64,000 nucleotides of DNA from Chrysomallon squamiferum (GCA_012295275.1 CM022676.1:14012001-14076000); one strand, 5' to 3'. Shown: positions 1 to 19,314, numbered from the stretch's first letter. Notes: a model not told the origin generated them from the sequence alone. Translations and numbers: made by a program.

Positions 1-214
1 TTTGTCCCTGTATTCCTCATCACTTTGTGTTTGAAATATTTGTTCATTTACATCTACGTTACAGACATCTCACAAACCTGACTTTTTTCTCTTTTCTTTT
101 CCTGTATACTGCATTCTTCAATGTCATCTTCTTTTACGTTTCTTTTCTCACCGAAGTTTGAAATCTCAGTTTCTTGTTGGTGTCTAAAATGTCATTTTGT
201 TCGTTATTTTCAGG

Positions 215-498
215 CTAATCCTCTATAAACTTAAAGTCTGTAAAACAATTGAAATCGTCATCTGACATTGACTTTATTTCTGTCACGACACAGTTGTCTC
301 CCGTTTCATTTTCTTCAATCATTCTGTTACTTGTGTTGTCTCCCCTTTTAGTAGCTTCAAAATCTACAGAACTGTGAGAAACAGGATTACAGATTTCCAA
401 AATGCCTGGATTGTAATAGAAAACTGATTCTTGTTCATACGTCACGGACATGTCTTCACCTTGTAAACTGTCAGTATACAGTTGACTTTCTTCCATAG
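215..498 (-). CDS. Gene A cytoplasmic tail exon
   Basis: tttcag| phase 1, acidic low-complexity tail AMEESQLYTD...VTYEQESVFYYNPG..., TAG at 217-215. Confidence 0.7.
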
Positions 499-1061
499 CT
501 GAAATATTAATAAACAAATAATAAATAAAAACAATCAAACAAACAATGAAAGCAAGAAGCAAATAATTAACTAATTAACTAAGTCACTAAGAAAGTAAAT
601 ATGTAAATAAATAAATACATGAATTAATAATCCTATTTCATTACATAATATACTTTCTTATTTCATTAATTGATAATCTATCCTTTTCATTATTTAATAA
701 ACTTTACTGCTTCATTATTTAAAATATTTTATTATGTTAATATATAATATACTATTCTATTTAATTACAAAAAACACTATCCTATTTCATTGCATAACAT
801 ACTATAATGTTTCTTTACATACTTTACTTTTTTGTTTTATTACATAATATATTATCCTATTTCAATAAAAAATCTACTATTCTATATTACTAAATAATAT
901 ACTTTCTTGTCTCATTATGTAATTTAGTACCATTATATTTCATTACATAATGTGTTATACTCTACTGTATAAGTCTATTCGAATATTTAATATGCTGTTT
1001 CAACACTTGATATACTACTGTATCGTTTAACGTGATTTCTCACACTGTTTACAAGGTTTAC

Positions 1062-1190
1062 CTTTGTTTTTGCGATGTATTTTCCAGGTGCTCACAAAGC
1101 AAACAATGAATATGACTATAATTATCACCATGACACCGACTGCAGTGTCCACTAGAGACATCACACTGGACGTCAGACTCAGAGTTGTTT
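1062..1190 (-). CDS. Gene A transmembrane exon
   Basis: tttacag| ... G|gtaaac, 129 nt: ...TAVGVMVIIIVIFIVCFVSTWKIHRKNK (hydrophobic run then basic stop-transfer). Confidence 0.8.
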
Positions 1191-1295
1191 CTGTAAACAT
1201 AACAGTTAGACTCGTTCTAGCACGTTCATTTACATCAGTAACTCAGATCTGTGTGTGTGTGTATACATACATACATACATATATATATACATATA

Positions 1296-1360
<65 letters not shown>

Positions 1361-2017
1361 ATAATGTGTATATTTATATTGTTTATTTCAAAATGTGATA
1401 TTTTCGTTGGAAAGCCATTTCGTAGACTATTTTTCTGCTACAATATATATCACTGTAGTTGTGAACACAAGTACACTTGTATAAAGTGGAAAGGACTGCT
1501 ACTTGAAGTGTCAGGAAGTCAGCCGTCAGTAACTCTGAAGTGTTCTATTACAGCTTAACTACTTCCGTAGATGAATGAATGCGTCTTGTGATACAGATAA
1601 TATAGTGATGTAGATACGCACTTATATATTACAAACACGCAACACACATAGATTCATGCATGCATATATACATACATATAAATACACATACACAGATACA
1701 TACATGGATTCATAGATACACACATCCATACTATATAAGTATGATTGTATAAATATGCACACATGTACACACACATTCGTAATATTCAAGTAGAAAAAAA
1801 AAGAAAGATACATAGAGAGTGATACATAGTACATAGAAATTTACACAAGAGAGACACATAGAGAGAGAGAGAGAGAGAGAGTGTACATTGTTTAAATATG
1901 CACACATGTACACACACATTCGTAATATTCAAGTTTTCTTTACCAAATGTAGTTGATACAAATGTACAAACAATTAAATAAAAGAAAATTAAATAGAATA
2001 AAAAAATATATACTTAC

Positions 2018-2353
2018 GTCTGTTTGTCGTGATATGCAAAATGTGTAAATGTGTGTAGAATTTACTGCATCCATTTTCATTGCAAACGTGTAATATGTAC
2101 AGACCACTGTCACGATCTTGAGCATTTACTATCACTAGTGACATCTTGTAAGCAGCATTTTCTACAGCTACGTTGTGAATGTCGACGTTCCACTGAGTAC
2201 AGCTCCCTGTTTTGTTCTCTCCATGTCCGTTTGTCCACGTGTATAATATGATGCTGTCGTAAGAAAATATTATCTTTTCTAAGCTGATGTTCTGACCTCT
2301 AACAACTGAGATGGTCTCATTGTGTTGCGCGTCTCCCACTAAAACTGGTTTCT
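2018..2353 (-). CDS. Gene A Ig-like domain 4 (membrane-proximal, lacks the canonical B/F cysteines)
   Basis: tttacag| ... C|gtaagt, 336 nt: KPVLV...GQNISL...YTW...LVIVNAQDRDSGLYILHVCNENG. Confidence 0.8.
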
Positions 2354-2739
2354 CTGTAAACAGAATTAAAATCAAATAAAAATACTTTTTATATCTGTGT
2401 GAGTCAGAGTTTAATGTGGTATCCAGTCTTTCATTACTAATAAAGTATTAAAAGAAGAAAACGAACTCGCTAAATTCTTCCAACCGAAAGGAGACACTGC
2501 AGAGTATTGACTAAATGTTTGTCATTTGACCTTTACTTTCATGAGCCGCTCTCATACATAGTTTCATGTTTCATTATGTTTATGAAATAAAACATAAAGA
2601 CTGATAAATAGATAGATAGACAGACAGACAGATATATAGATATATAGATAGACAGACTGACAAAGAAACAAACAGACAGAAAGAAAAAGAAAGAAAGAAA
2701 GAAATAACAGTAATAATTCGAGGTAAAAATAATTCTGAC

Positions 2740-3031
2740 CAGTCAGTTTTATGAAAGTTTCTCCAGTTTGTTTTGAATTAATTCCCAGAATTCCATTTGA
2801 TACTTCACACACGTAAATTCCGTCATCTTGATAATCGGGATTTTTGATGATGAGTTTGTATTTGTTGTGTGTTACAAGCTCGCCTTCCACTCTCCTGATC
2901 ACGTGCTGTCCCACACATATGAGTAAAAGGTGAGAAAGTGAAATTCTCAGGTTTTCCAGTCGCCAGACACGTGACTGTCAAAGTTTTGTGTTCTGTGTTA
3001 TAGTCGTGATACACCGAGACGACAGGGGCGT
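2740..3031 (-). CDS. Gene A Ig-like domain 3 (I/C2-like), +1 frameshift at ~2915
   Basis: YAPVVSV...LTVTCLATGKPENFTF in one frame and VGQHVIR...LIIKNPDYQDDGIYVCEVSNG in the next; exon is 292 nt between cag| and G|gtcaga. Confidence 0.85.
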
Positions 3032-3268
3032 CTGTTTGAAATAATTAGCAACTACAACATCAACAACAACATCAACTACAACATCCATAACACCATTAAC
3101 AGTAACAGTAATACTAATACAGACAAACAATAATACAAATAAGAATAACGAGAGTAATAATAATAATAATAATAATAACAACAACAATAACAATAATAAT
3201 AATAACAATAATAAAATATTAATAATGATGATCATGACAATGATGATGATTACTATTATTATGATTAC

Positions 3269-3358
<90 letters not shown>

Positions 3359-3445
3359 AAGAACGAGACTGTCACAACGTCAACACGTGGGTTAAAAAAA
3401 AAAAAAAAATAATAACAGAAGACTTTAGTTACGTAACAGACTCAC

Positions 3446-3784
3446 ACTGAGGGTGGATCACTCTGCTGTTCCTGTAGCTGGTGCTACACATCCACGCCGC
3501 CGAATCGACGGTTGAAAATTTGGGTATAGTTAGCAGATAGCTGGAGAGAAAGTGCTGCCTGCGGCCCACTTTTATCGGTTTAGTCTCGTTCCGCTCACAC
3601 GTGTAGCGACTTTGAAAACTCCGCGCCACAACGCACGACGTGGGCGTGCACTCACAAACAACCTCAGCGTCTCTGATGAACGTCACTTTACTTCTGTATG
3701 CGTGTCTGATCACAGAACACAGAAACGTGAACGGTTCGTCAATCACAGCAGTCCACGAGTACACAGACAGACCGGGATTGTTCA
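3446..3784 (-). CDS. Gene A Ig-like domain 2 (Cys-rich)
   Basis: tttcag| ... T|gtgagt, 339 nt: NNPGLSVYSWTAVIDEPFTFLCSV...YLLTIP...DSAAWMC; paralog of 23010-23342. Confidence 0.85.
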
Positions 3785-5290
3785 CTGAAACACAAACATT
3801 TTACTTTAGTAGTGAACTCATTTACTACTACTACACGAGTACACAGACAGACCGGGATTGTTCACTGAAACACAAACTTTTTACTTTAGTAGTGAACTCA
3901 TTTACTACTACTACACGAGTACACAGACAGTCCGGGATTGTTCACTGAAACACAAACTTTTTACTTTAGTACAGAACTCATTTACTACTACTACACGAGT
4001 ACACAGACAGTCCGGGATTGTTCACTGAAACACAAACTTTTTACTTTAGTACAGAACTCATTTACTACTACTACACGAGTACACAGACAGTCCGGGATTG
4101 TTCACTTTTTTACTTTAGTAGTGAACTCATTTACTACTACTACACGAGTACACAGACAGACCGGGATTGTTCACTGAAACACAAACTTTTTACTTTAGTA
4201 CAAAAACTCATTTACTACTACTACACGAGTACACAGACAGTCCGGGATTGTTCACTGAAACACAAACTTTTTACTTTAGTACACGAGTACACAGACAGTC
4301 CGGGATTGTTCACTGAAACACAAACTTTTTACTTTAGTACAGAACTCATTTACTACTACTACACGAGTACACAGACAGACCGGGATTGTTCAGACAGAAC
4401 GGGATTGTTCACTGAAACACAAAGTCCGGGATTGTTCACTTTTAACACAAACTTTTTACTTTAGTAGTGAACTCATTTACTACTACTACACGAGTACACA
4501 GACAGACCGGGATTGTTCACTGAAACACAAACTTTTTACTTTAGTAGTGAACTCATTTACTACTACTACACGAGTACACAGACAGACCGGGATTGTTCAC
4601 TGAAACACAAACTTTTTACTTTAGTAGTGAACTCATTTACTACTACTACACGAGTACACAGACAGTCCGGGATTGTTCACTGAAACACAAACTTTTTACT
4701 TTAGTACAGAACTCATTTACTACTACTACACGAGTACACAGACAGTCCGGGATTGTTCACTGAAACACAAACTTTTTTTACTTAGTAGTGAACTCATTTA
4801 CTACTACTACACGAGTACACAGACAGTCCGGGATTGTTCACTGAAACACAAACTTTTTACTTTAGTACAGAACTCATTTACTACTACTACACGAGTACAC
4901 AGACAGTCCGGGATTGTTCACTGAAACACAAACTTTTTACTTTAGTACAGAACTCATTTACTACTACTACACGAGTACACAGACAGTCCGGGATTGTTCA
5001 CTGAAACACAAACTTTTTACTTTAGTACAGAACTCATTTACTACTACTACACGAGTACACAGACAGTCCGGGATTGTTCACTGAAACACAAACTTTTTAC
5101 TTTAGTACAGAACTCATTTACTACTACTACACGAGTACACAGACAGTCCGGGATTGTTCACTGAAAGCACAAACTTTTTACTTTAGTACAGAACTCATTT
5201 ACTACTACTACACGAGTACACAGACAGACCGGGATTGTTCACTGAAAGCACAAACTTTTAACTTTAGTGGTGATCTCATTTGCTACTGCT
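3754..5290. repeat. 80-bp minisatellite (~19 units) composed of the gene A Ig2 splice acceptor plus the first 31 nt of that exon
   Basis: Unit acacagacag(a/t)ccgggattgttcactgaaacacaaactttttactttagta(gt/ca)gaactcatttactactactacacgagt recurs at 3761, 3841, 3921, 4001, 4081...; some units near 4100-4460 are truncated. Confidence 0.95.
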
Positions 5291-5609
5291 GCTGCTACTA
5301 CCCCGTCTATTACTACTACAACTACTACTACAACAACTATTACATTACTATTGTCAATACTATTACTAGTACTACCACTGCCGCTAATACCACTGTTCCT
5401 AGAAATAATAGTACTACTTCTACTACTACATTATCACTACTACTATTACAGCTTTTTCACTACTATTAGCACTACTAGTAGTTGTAATGGTACTATATTA
5501 ATATTACTTTTAGTCTTGCTACTTTAATTATTAATGGTACTCCTAATATTGCCATTAGTTCTACGGCCACTACAACTTTTACTGTTCCTATTACTAGAAG
5601 AAGAAGAAG

Positions 5610-5640
<31 letters not shown>

Positions 5641-5654
5641 TGATATCAAGTTAC

Positions 5655-6011
5655 ATATGACAGCGGCTTTCGGTTCACTCCACACATCAAGTTGATCAGA
5701 TCCACAAAACCAGACTCCAGTGTCATTTTCAGTTGTGTGATACTTAGAAACTGTGTAGTCTTTGTAGTCGCTGCTAGCTTTGTTTGTCTGAACCCTGCAC
5801 TCACACCTGTACCCGTCCTTTCTGTTCAGCTTTGTAGCCTCGCACTCGGATCCACGCTGGTGATACATGCAGACTACAGTGTTGCCGTACTCAGAATTGT
5901 GTACAGACATGACAGTTGTGTTGAGATTCTGCGCCTGACGCGCTCGACACACGACAAACATCATTTCTCCTTTCATAACAGCCGCAGTTTCGAAAATCGA
6001 AAACCATACGC
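5655..6011 (-). CDS. Gene A Ig-like domain 1 (Cys-rich)
   Basis: tttcag| acceptor, T|gtaact donor, 357 nt open frame: GVWFSIFETAAVMKGEMMFVVC...YRCEC...DTGVWFC...; clear paralog of 24968-25315. Confidence 0.85.
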
Positions 6012-6209
6012 CTGAAAGAGATAGGTTACTGACAACATAATTGTGTATATATTTATTTAAATGTATAAATGTATATAAACTTCTCCTTGAAGATAGGTGA
6101 ATGTATAATCTTAATAAAACAGTGAAAGACAAAGAAAACAAAAAAAAAAATTAGAAAATGTATATATTATCTTTCCCTGTGTGTGTGTGGCACACACACA
6201 CACACGCAT

Positions 6210-6243
<34 letters not shown>

Positions 6244-6337
6244 GCTTGGGTGAATTATTTTGGGTAACTACATTTAAATTTTCAATGCTATAATTTATAG
6301 AATACATGAATATTTTGAATATAGTATAAAATATTAC

Positions 6338-6401
6338 CTTTTGAAAAGGTCTTTAAGCAGCAGATAATATACAGAAAGAAAAACATGTACATGACCTTCA
6401 T
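6338..6401 (-). CDS. Gene A exon 1, signal peptide MKVMYMFFFLYIICCLKTFSK
   Basis: ATG at 6401, hydrophobic core, G|gtaata phase-1 donor. Same 64-nt coding length as the gene C signal exon. Confidence 0.75.
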
Positions 6402-7035
6402 TTTATAATGATGCGAATTAACTTCCAACAAAAAGCGAATAGTGCCACAATTAAATTCCACTAAATAAAAAAGTTCCTGGAATAATTTTTGAAACTCACG
6501 AAACCTTCTGAGACTGTCCTTTATTTATTAAGAAAAGTTCAAAATAAAACCAAATAAGTCGGTTTAAAATAATAACTAATAGACCACAGCTAAAATAAAT
6601 AGAAAAATGTCAGCTGATATTTACAAAAGAAAAATAATTAAAGTATTCTGTGTTTGAGTCAAGCTTTATTTATATACGGCTGCAATGTTGTTTATGCTAA
6701 AAAAAAAAAAAAAAAAAAAAAAAAATTAAAACAAATTAAAAAAAAAAAAAGTTTAAAAATTGTCGCATGTATAGAATTGCACTTTCTGTGCAAATTATTT
6801 TCCCACACTGTTTTTAAGGAAGCGTTCTACACCACTGGGAAACATCAACAGAGAAAGAGAAAAAAAAAAGAAAAAAAATTAGAGGCGACTCTTCAGTTGC
6901 AGACATATCGGTTTCTATGGAGGTGTACAGTTACATCTATTCACAGAATCGTGTGTCAGAGAGAAGAAAAAAAAAAGATTTTTTTTTAGCTAAATATAAC
7001 ATTCCCAAGTTAAAAATAATAACAATAACAATAAA

Positions 7036-7103
<68 letters not shown>

Positions 7104-7835
7104 GAAGAAGAAGAAGAAGAAGAAGAAGAAAAAATAATAATAAGAATAATAATGACATTATATTTATAAAGCAGTTAACAATTGTGTGTATCAGCACATT
7201 TCAGAAGCACGGATATGAGTTGAAGAGTTTGATGTCTAGACAGATTAGAAATATGTCAGTCGTTGAAATATTACATTTCACTGTTGCTCTCAGAGAAAAC
7301 GAAAACAACGTTATTAATAACCAGCCGACAACGCCTGTCGCTGTGTTAAGTATATTCGTGTTGCTAGGGTGACATTGAGAGTATGTCTCTGACGTCATCT
7401 GAACTAGACTGTAAACACATTCGTACTGCTAACATGGTATGTAATTATTTTCTCTTTTTTTCAGTTACTTTTCCTCTTCTTTACACACATTATTTATCTC
7501 TGATTTTAATCTGTTCGTTTTAAAAGTTATTTTATCACTGTTATTTATTTTGCTTGTTTGTTGTTGTTTGTTTTTGTTTTCTTTCTTTTTTATTTTCTTT
7601 TTTTTTTTTTTTTTTTCTTTTTTTTCTCAATTTCTTCGTTTTATTTATCTTATTTTTTTAAATTTTTCCTTCTGCTCACGAAAACTATTAATTTCTTCTT
7701 TCATTCCATTGCGTCTCCAGTTTCATTTTCCTTATCTTCTTCTTCTAATTTTTTATGTTTCTGTCGTATGTATTACTATTATTTGTATTACCTTTTTACT
7801 CTACTAGTGACCTATATTTATAGCTATTGTTGTTG

Positions 7836-7867
<32 letters not shown>

Positions 7868-8070
7868 TTATTATTATTAATTTATCAACATCATTATCAT
7901 CATCATCGTCAAATATTGTAGGAATTTGAATTATTTTGTCATTTAGTTTTTGTTTTCTTGCTTTTGGTTTAATATTTTGTTCTTATTTCAGTTATTACTC
8001 ATGTAATAATTATTATTGCACTAATCAAAATATTCATTTTATTGCGTCCCCTCCCACATAATCAATGTAA

Positions 8071-8117
<47 letters not shown>

Positions 8118-9347
8118 GTAAATAAATTAATTAATTAATACATAAATAAATAAATAAACAAACAAACAAACAAACAAACAAACAAACAAAGAGGACAATA
8201 AAAACAAGAACACATACACAAGTAAAGAAATAAAGATAAAAGAAATAAACAGTAAGCAATTATTAAAACATCAAAGTAAATTGTGTTTTGTCTCATTGTT
8301 GTGTATTTTTATTTATTTATTTTTTATTATTTTCATTTCGTTTTCAAACAGGAACTTATATCCGACATACAGGAACGTAAAGTAAAAAAAAAAACAACAA
8401 CAACAAAATAAACAAACACAAAAAATCAGTTGTTTACGTAGAAATGGTCGTTAGCAATACAGTTAACTTTTCATTTACCAGACATCTGCTGAACATACTT
8501 CCGATTTAACAGATAAGAAAAAATGGAAACATTCGTTCACGTCGAAAGTAAGTTTCAGTACGTTAGCAACAAAACATCTTTTCTCTGTAACAAAAAACAG
8601 TGAAACAATTTTATCTACTAAAAATAGACAATGAAGCTCATGTTCTCACTAATAACAAATAAAGAATAAAACGTATCTTTTCTGTACTAATAAGCAGCCA
8701 AATACATATTTTAATAACAATCAATGAAACGATGAATAACATAAGCATATTTAAACTTTCATAAATATTTGCAAAGGAGAAGCTTAATGAATTTATTACT
8801 GTGAAATTACAGTGTCTTAAAACTTAAAAACGCCAATAAAAAAAAAAAAAACCCTCTTCGAAATTGATTGATGACATAAACCCAGAGTCCCATTTTAGAT
8901 GACTGCTATTTTTATTTAGTTGCTGTTATTTTATTATTATTATTATTATTATGTTTGTTGTTGTTGTTGTTGTTGTAGTTGTTGATGATGTTGTTGTGTA
9001 TGTCGACGTCGTGGTTGCTGTTGTTCTTCTTCTTCTTCATACATCTGATGTGATTTGAATTACTATTTAGATACTTTCCCTTGCTACAAGACTTGTTTGT
9101 TAAACATCGTTATCCTATGTATGATTATCATACTTTATATATTATGTTGTATAACTCTTACCTATTTAAGCAATTCCTAGGATAAGATAGACAGTCATAC
9201 AGGCAGACTGAGTGACGGAGAGATAGATAGATGGTGGGTGCATGAAAAATGATGGATACATAAGTAGAGGGAGAGAGAGAAAGACAGAATGAGAGTGCAT
9301 TATAAACCGCTATAACAAATAACAAAATGAGAATAAATTGAAACATA

Positions 9348-9932
9348 CCGTATGTACTTGTGTATAAGTCGAATTTTTGGGAGACTATATTAAGGTAATA
9401 TTTTTTGGGTCGACTTATGCTTTTATAGCTGTTGCTGAAGAGTCGCCATTTTGACTATTTTTTGCTACGGGATGCATCTAAAATAATCGCGGTTTTTCAG
9501 CTTTTCAAAAATATAATTTTATCGTATAACATTTTTTGAAAAATTACATTACAAAACCAAATATGAATGTAAAACATGATATTCTTCCGTTTAATGACAT
9601 AACAATACATTTTAAAGCGAAAAAGCCGTCAGTACGGCGTTATGCCTTACGGCGTCTTGCAATGATCTAGGAATGCAGACTTCTCTGCCAAATTGCACTA
9701 AATATCGGTCCTAATTTCATAAACAAAACTCACTTGTGTAATTGTAAAAAAATTGGTGAAATAATATTGCAATCGTCATTAATATCCACTACCGACAAAT
9801 CGAAAACAAAGTGACGGTGCCTGGAATCTACAGTCGACTTATACACAAGTAATACCTAAAATGACGCAATTTTTGGTCATAAAATAGACATCGACTTATA
9901 CATAAAGTCGCCTTGTACACAAGTATATACGG
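9348..9932. mobile_element. pogo/Tigger-type MITE
   Basis: TIRs CCGTATGTACTTGTGTATAAGTCGA and (rc) CCGTATATACTTGTGTACAAGGCGA match at 22/25; TA on both sides; internal TCGACTTAT repeats; no ORF. Confidence 0.8.
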
Positions 9933-10203
9933 TATATCATTCAGAAATTTTATTTATTCGTACATTAAAGAAAAGACAATACAATACCATAACTTTTAAA
10001 AAGTTGAATATTAATAATATGTTGTAAAAGCACACACAAACACAGACACTCATACAGACAAATTAAGTTAAGGAAGGAAACACAACAAGTGACAATATGG
10101 TATTTACACGTTGATATTAATGCTAATATTTCTTCTCAACACAGCAAACTGTTATTTTTAAAATAATAATATTGATTAATCTATCTATCTATCTATCTAT
10201 CTA

Positions 10204-10257
<54 letters not shown>

Positions 10258-10419
10258 GTTGAAGCAAATCATAGTTGTAACAAATGTTCGTCAAAGACAT
10301 GACTGTGAAATCACCCTGTCAGTTTTAGTTTTCAGTAAAGTCTTTATTCTGTGTTTTCATTTTTCTTCGTCTTTCAACATCGTGGTTGTTCGGTTGTTCT
10401 CTACGTTTTCAGTCATTTC

Positions 10420-15767
<5,348 letters not shown>

Positions 15768-16112
15768 CCAGTTTGTCAGTAATACGTCTCTGATTTCCTG
15801 TTGTTTCACATAAAACAATGACACAAAGAGGAAGATAACTAGGAACAAACTAGGACCGGATCCAACAATTTGCTTGACAGGGATTTAGAGAGGGTTGCTG
15901 AAAAATATGAATTAAAAAATAAATAAAGCAATCGTTTTGATGTTTCTATTGCTCTCTTGTTGTTGGTGATACTGTTGTTGTTGTCGTTGTCATTTTTTTT
16001 TTTTTTTTTTTTTCTTATTACAATTTTTTTTTTTGTTGTTGTTGTTATTATTGTTATTATTATGGGTGTAGAATATTCTTGCTACACTTATTGTTCTTCT
16101 TATTGCTATTAC

Positions 16113-16160
<48 letters not shown>

Positions 16161-16220
16161 CATCATACTTATTATTACTACTGCAACTACTATTACTACT
16201 ACTACTACTACTATTACTAT

Positions 16221-16282
<62 letters not shown>

Positions 16283-16340
16283 TTGTTGTTGTTGTTGTTC
16301 TTCTTCTTCTTCTTCTTCTTATTATTATTATTATTATTAT

Positions 16341-16399
<59 letters not shown>

Positions 16400-16659
16400 C
16401 AAGTAGTAGTAGTATTTGAGTGGCTGTAGATTATCTCCGTCCACATTTTCCTATCTGTGTTCTGATATGACATGTTTAGATTTACCAACACACCAAATAT
16501 GACACCTACCCTATAGTTTAGTCCAGATTCTCTCCTTGTGTATTGTGATTGTTCTGTTTACCATATTTGGAAGCAAAACCGAACCATTTTTCTAATTCTA
16601 CCGAAAACAGTTCATCAGTCTGATCATTTATAATGTTTTAAATGTTGTTCTTATGACAC

Positions 16660-16703
<44 letters not shown>

Positions 16704-16712
16704 TTATTATTT

Positions 16713-16756
<44 letters not shown>

Positions 16757-17192
16757 TGTTTTTTGTGTTTATGGTATTTCGGCAGTATAACGTGTTTTCA
16801 TGCTGTGTTTCAGGGAGAGTTCACGTTTCTGTAAATTATACGTTGTCGTGCAGAATCTACAAACTGTTACCGTACTTATTCATCAACTGGTGACGTCTTT
16901 TCAACGTTGTTCTGTATATAAAACAGAGATAAAGTGATAATTTATTCACTGCATTAACAGTCATCTCAGTGTAATTGTTAAAACAGGAAATCTTCCTTGT
17001 TACTGTTTGACCTTGATAAAGGAAGTTAGGATTTGTTGTCTCGGAGAAATTTTAAAACTTATGAGTCACTTTGAACAGACAACGCTCGATCTGTGGAAAA
17101 TTATTTTAAAATAAATGAGAACTGGAAGAAGAAGATGAAAATGAAACACAAATGAAGAAAAGAAATTTAGATTATGTGTAGAGAGAGACACA

Positions 17193-17324
<132 letters not shown>

Positions 17325-17691
17325 GTTGGATTCGTGCCAGAGGCAAATTAAAAGAAATGGCTTTAAAAATCGATTATAATAATATTTTCGAAAGCAATAT
17401 ATTTATTCTATTTTATTTTATTTTATTGTATTTTGTTTGTCTTTCTTTCTTTTCTTACTTATTCAGTTATATCATTAATTCTTTCATTTTCTTTTCACTC
17501 GTTTTGTATATCATCATGTTCAGCGTCACCAGTTTTTCTATCTTTGCTGTTACACGAAACATACAATTTTTTAAAAAAATATTCTGATTACTTTTAAGTG
17601 TTTGACACAGTTAAAAATAACTTATTGACCGCTCTCTCAATAAAACACAAATGTTTTCAGCTGTTGTGTTTCTTTTACACAGCTGTTGTTT

Positions 17692-17727
<36 letters not shown>

Positions 17728-17830
17728 TTATTTATCTATTTCTTTCTTTCTTTCTTTAATCATTTTTACAAATGGGTTTATAATTAATATTGTTGTTTTT
17801 ATTATTACCATTATTATTATTATGATTATG

Positions 17831-17866
<36 letters not shown>

Positions 17867-18360
17867 TTATTATTATTATTATTATTTACTTTTTCTTAAA
17901 TATGTCTCACTTTAAAACTATTTATCTGATGCCTGTGTTAATTGTTATGTATAGTTATATGTCAGAGAACAAAACCACAACAAGTGTCTAGTTAAAATAA
18001 TATTTAATTACAATCAATTCATTGCTAAAGATACAAAATTAAATAAAACTAACAGAATTTGTTTTTAATGTACCGAGATATTTTTAAGACATGCAGATGC
18101 GTGCAGAGTATTTACACATTATAAGTGTGAATCATCACATTTACATATTTTCATAACAAAGCTATTTCACTATTAACATAAAAACTCACTGATCAGTATG
18201 TAACACTGTGATTAAGTGAAAACGGTAATAATATACTTTACAATCAAAGAAAATCATTACAAATATACACCAAGTATTAACATTTTTTACAGATACAAAC
18301 ATATAATTATTATTAACTAATCTGTTCTATCCATATCTGTTATAAAAGAGAGAGAGAGAC

Positions 18361-18427
<67 letters not shown>

Positions 18428-18539
18428 TTTCAATTCGAGTGTCTGCGGAAACTATCACTTGTAAAACAAAGCAACAACTTGAACATTCAACACATCAGTT
18501 TACAATGAATGAAGTCACGTTGTTAATCCTTCCTACTTG

Positions 18540-18710
<171 letters not shown>

Positions 18711-19267
18711 TATTGTTGTTGTTGTTGTTGTTTTTATTTTTATCATCATCATTGTTTTTACTACTACTACTACTACTACTACTACTAGTACTACTACTGC
18801 TACTACTATTAGCATTACTACAATTATTATTAAGCATAAATTTGTTTTAAAATGTTGTTATCCCATATCAGACGATTCATCGTCAATCTGGAAGTAAGAA
18901 AATATAAATAAAATTGACATTTTTCATTTGCATAACAGTCACGCCTTGCTTAACATCCTGGATACGTTCTTAGAAACGTGACGTAAACAGTTCAACGTTG
19001 TCAGAACAAAACATAATGAACTATATTTTTGTAATGTACAATATTTCTTAAGTAAGTGAATTATTTAAAAATACTGTACACTAAACAGCCAAATTATATA
19101 AAGTAGTAACACAGCTATGTCTTATATCTACCGCAATACGGTTTTATCGTTACTGTACTTTACTGATCTTGATTTAGTCACGTGATACACGTGTTAGTGC
19201 AATCTCTGTAACGCCACTTGAGTCAGCTACGTTCCGTTGTACAAATATTTATTTATTATTATTATTA

Positions 19268-19314
<47 letters not shown>

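Larger units (their letters stand above)
215..6401 (-). pseudogene. IgSF receptor gene A (signal peptide, 4 Ig-like domains, TM, Tyr-containing tail); frameshifted in Ig3, so either a pseudogene/null allele or an assembly error
   Basis: Seven exons with GT/AG boundaries and phase-1 junctions: 6401-6338, 6011-5655, 3784-3446, 3031-2740, 2353-2018, 1190-1062, 498-215. Summed length is 1801 nt (3n+1), from one extra base at ~2915; ~599 aa if corrected. Confidence 0.75.

Noticed and set aside
3754-5290. CRISPR-like array or repeat-protein ORFs (MFTETQTFYF...)
   Set aside because: Units are contiguous with no unique spacers, the context is eukaryotic, and the plus-strand ORFs are just translations of the minisatellite.
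6474-6482. STAT/GAS-like TTCCTGGAA upstream of gene A, and ETS-like GGAA cores near 17020 and 27470
   Set aside because: Short motifs expected by chance in 64 kb, and transcription starts are unknown.
8479-8584. Minus-strand exon-like segment with acceptor and donor
   Set aside because: No recognisable product; at best a 5' UTR exon of gene A, which cannot be supported without transcripts.
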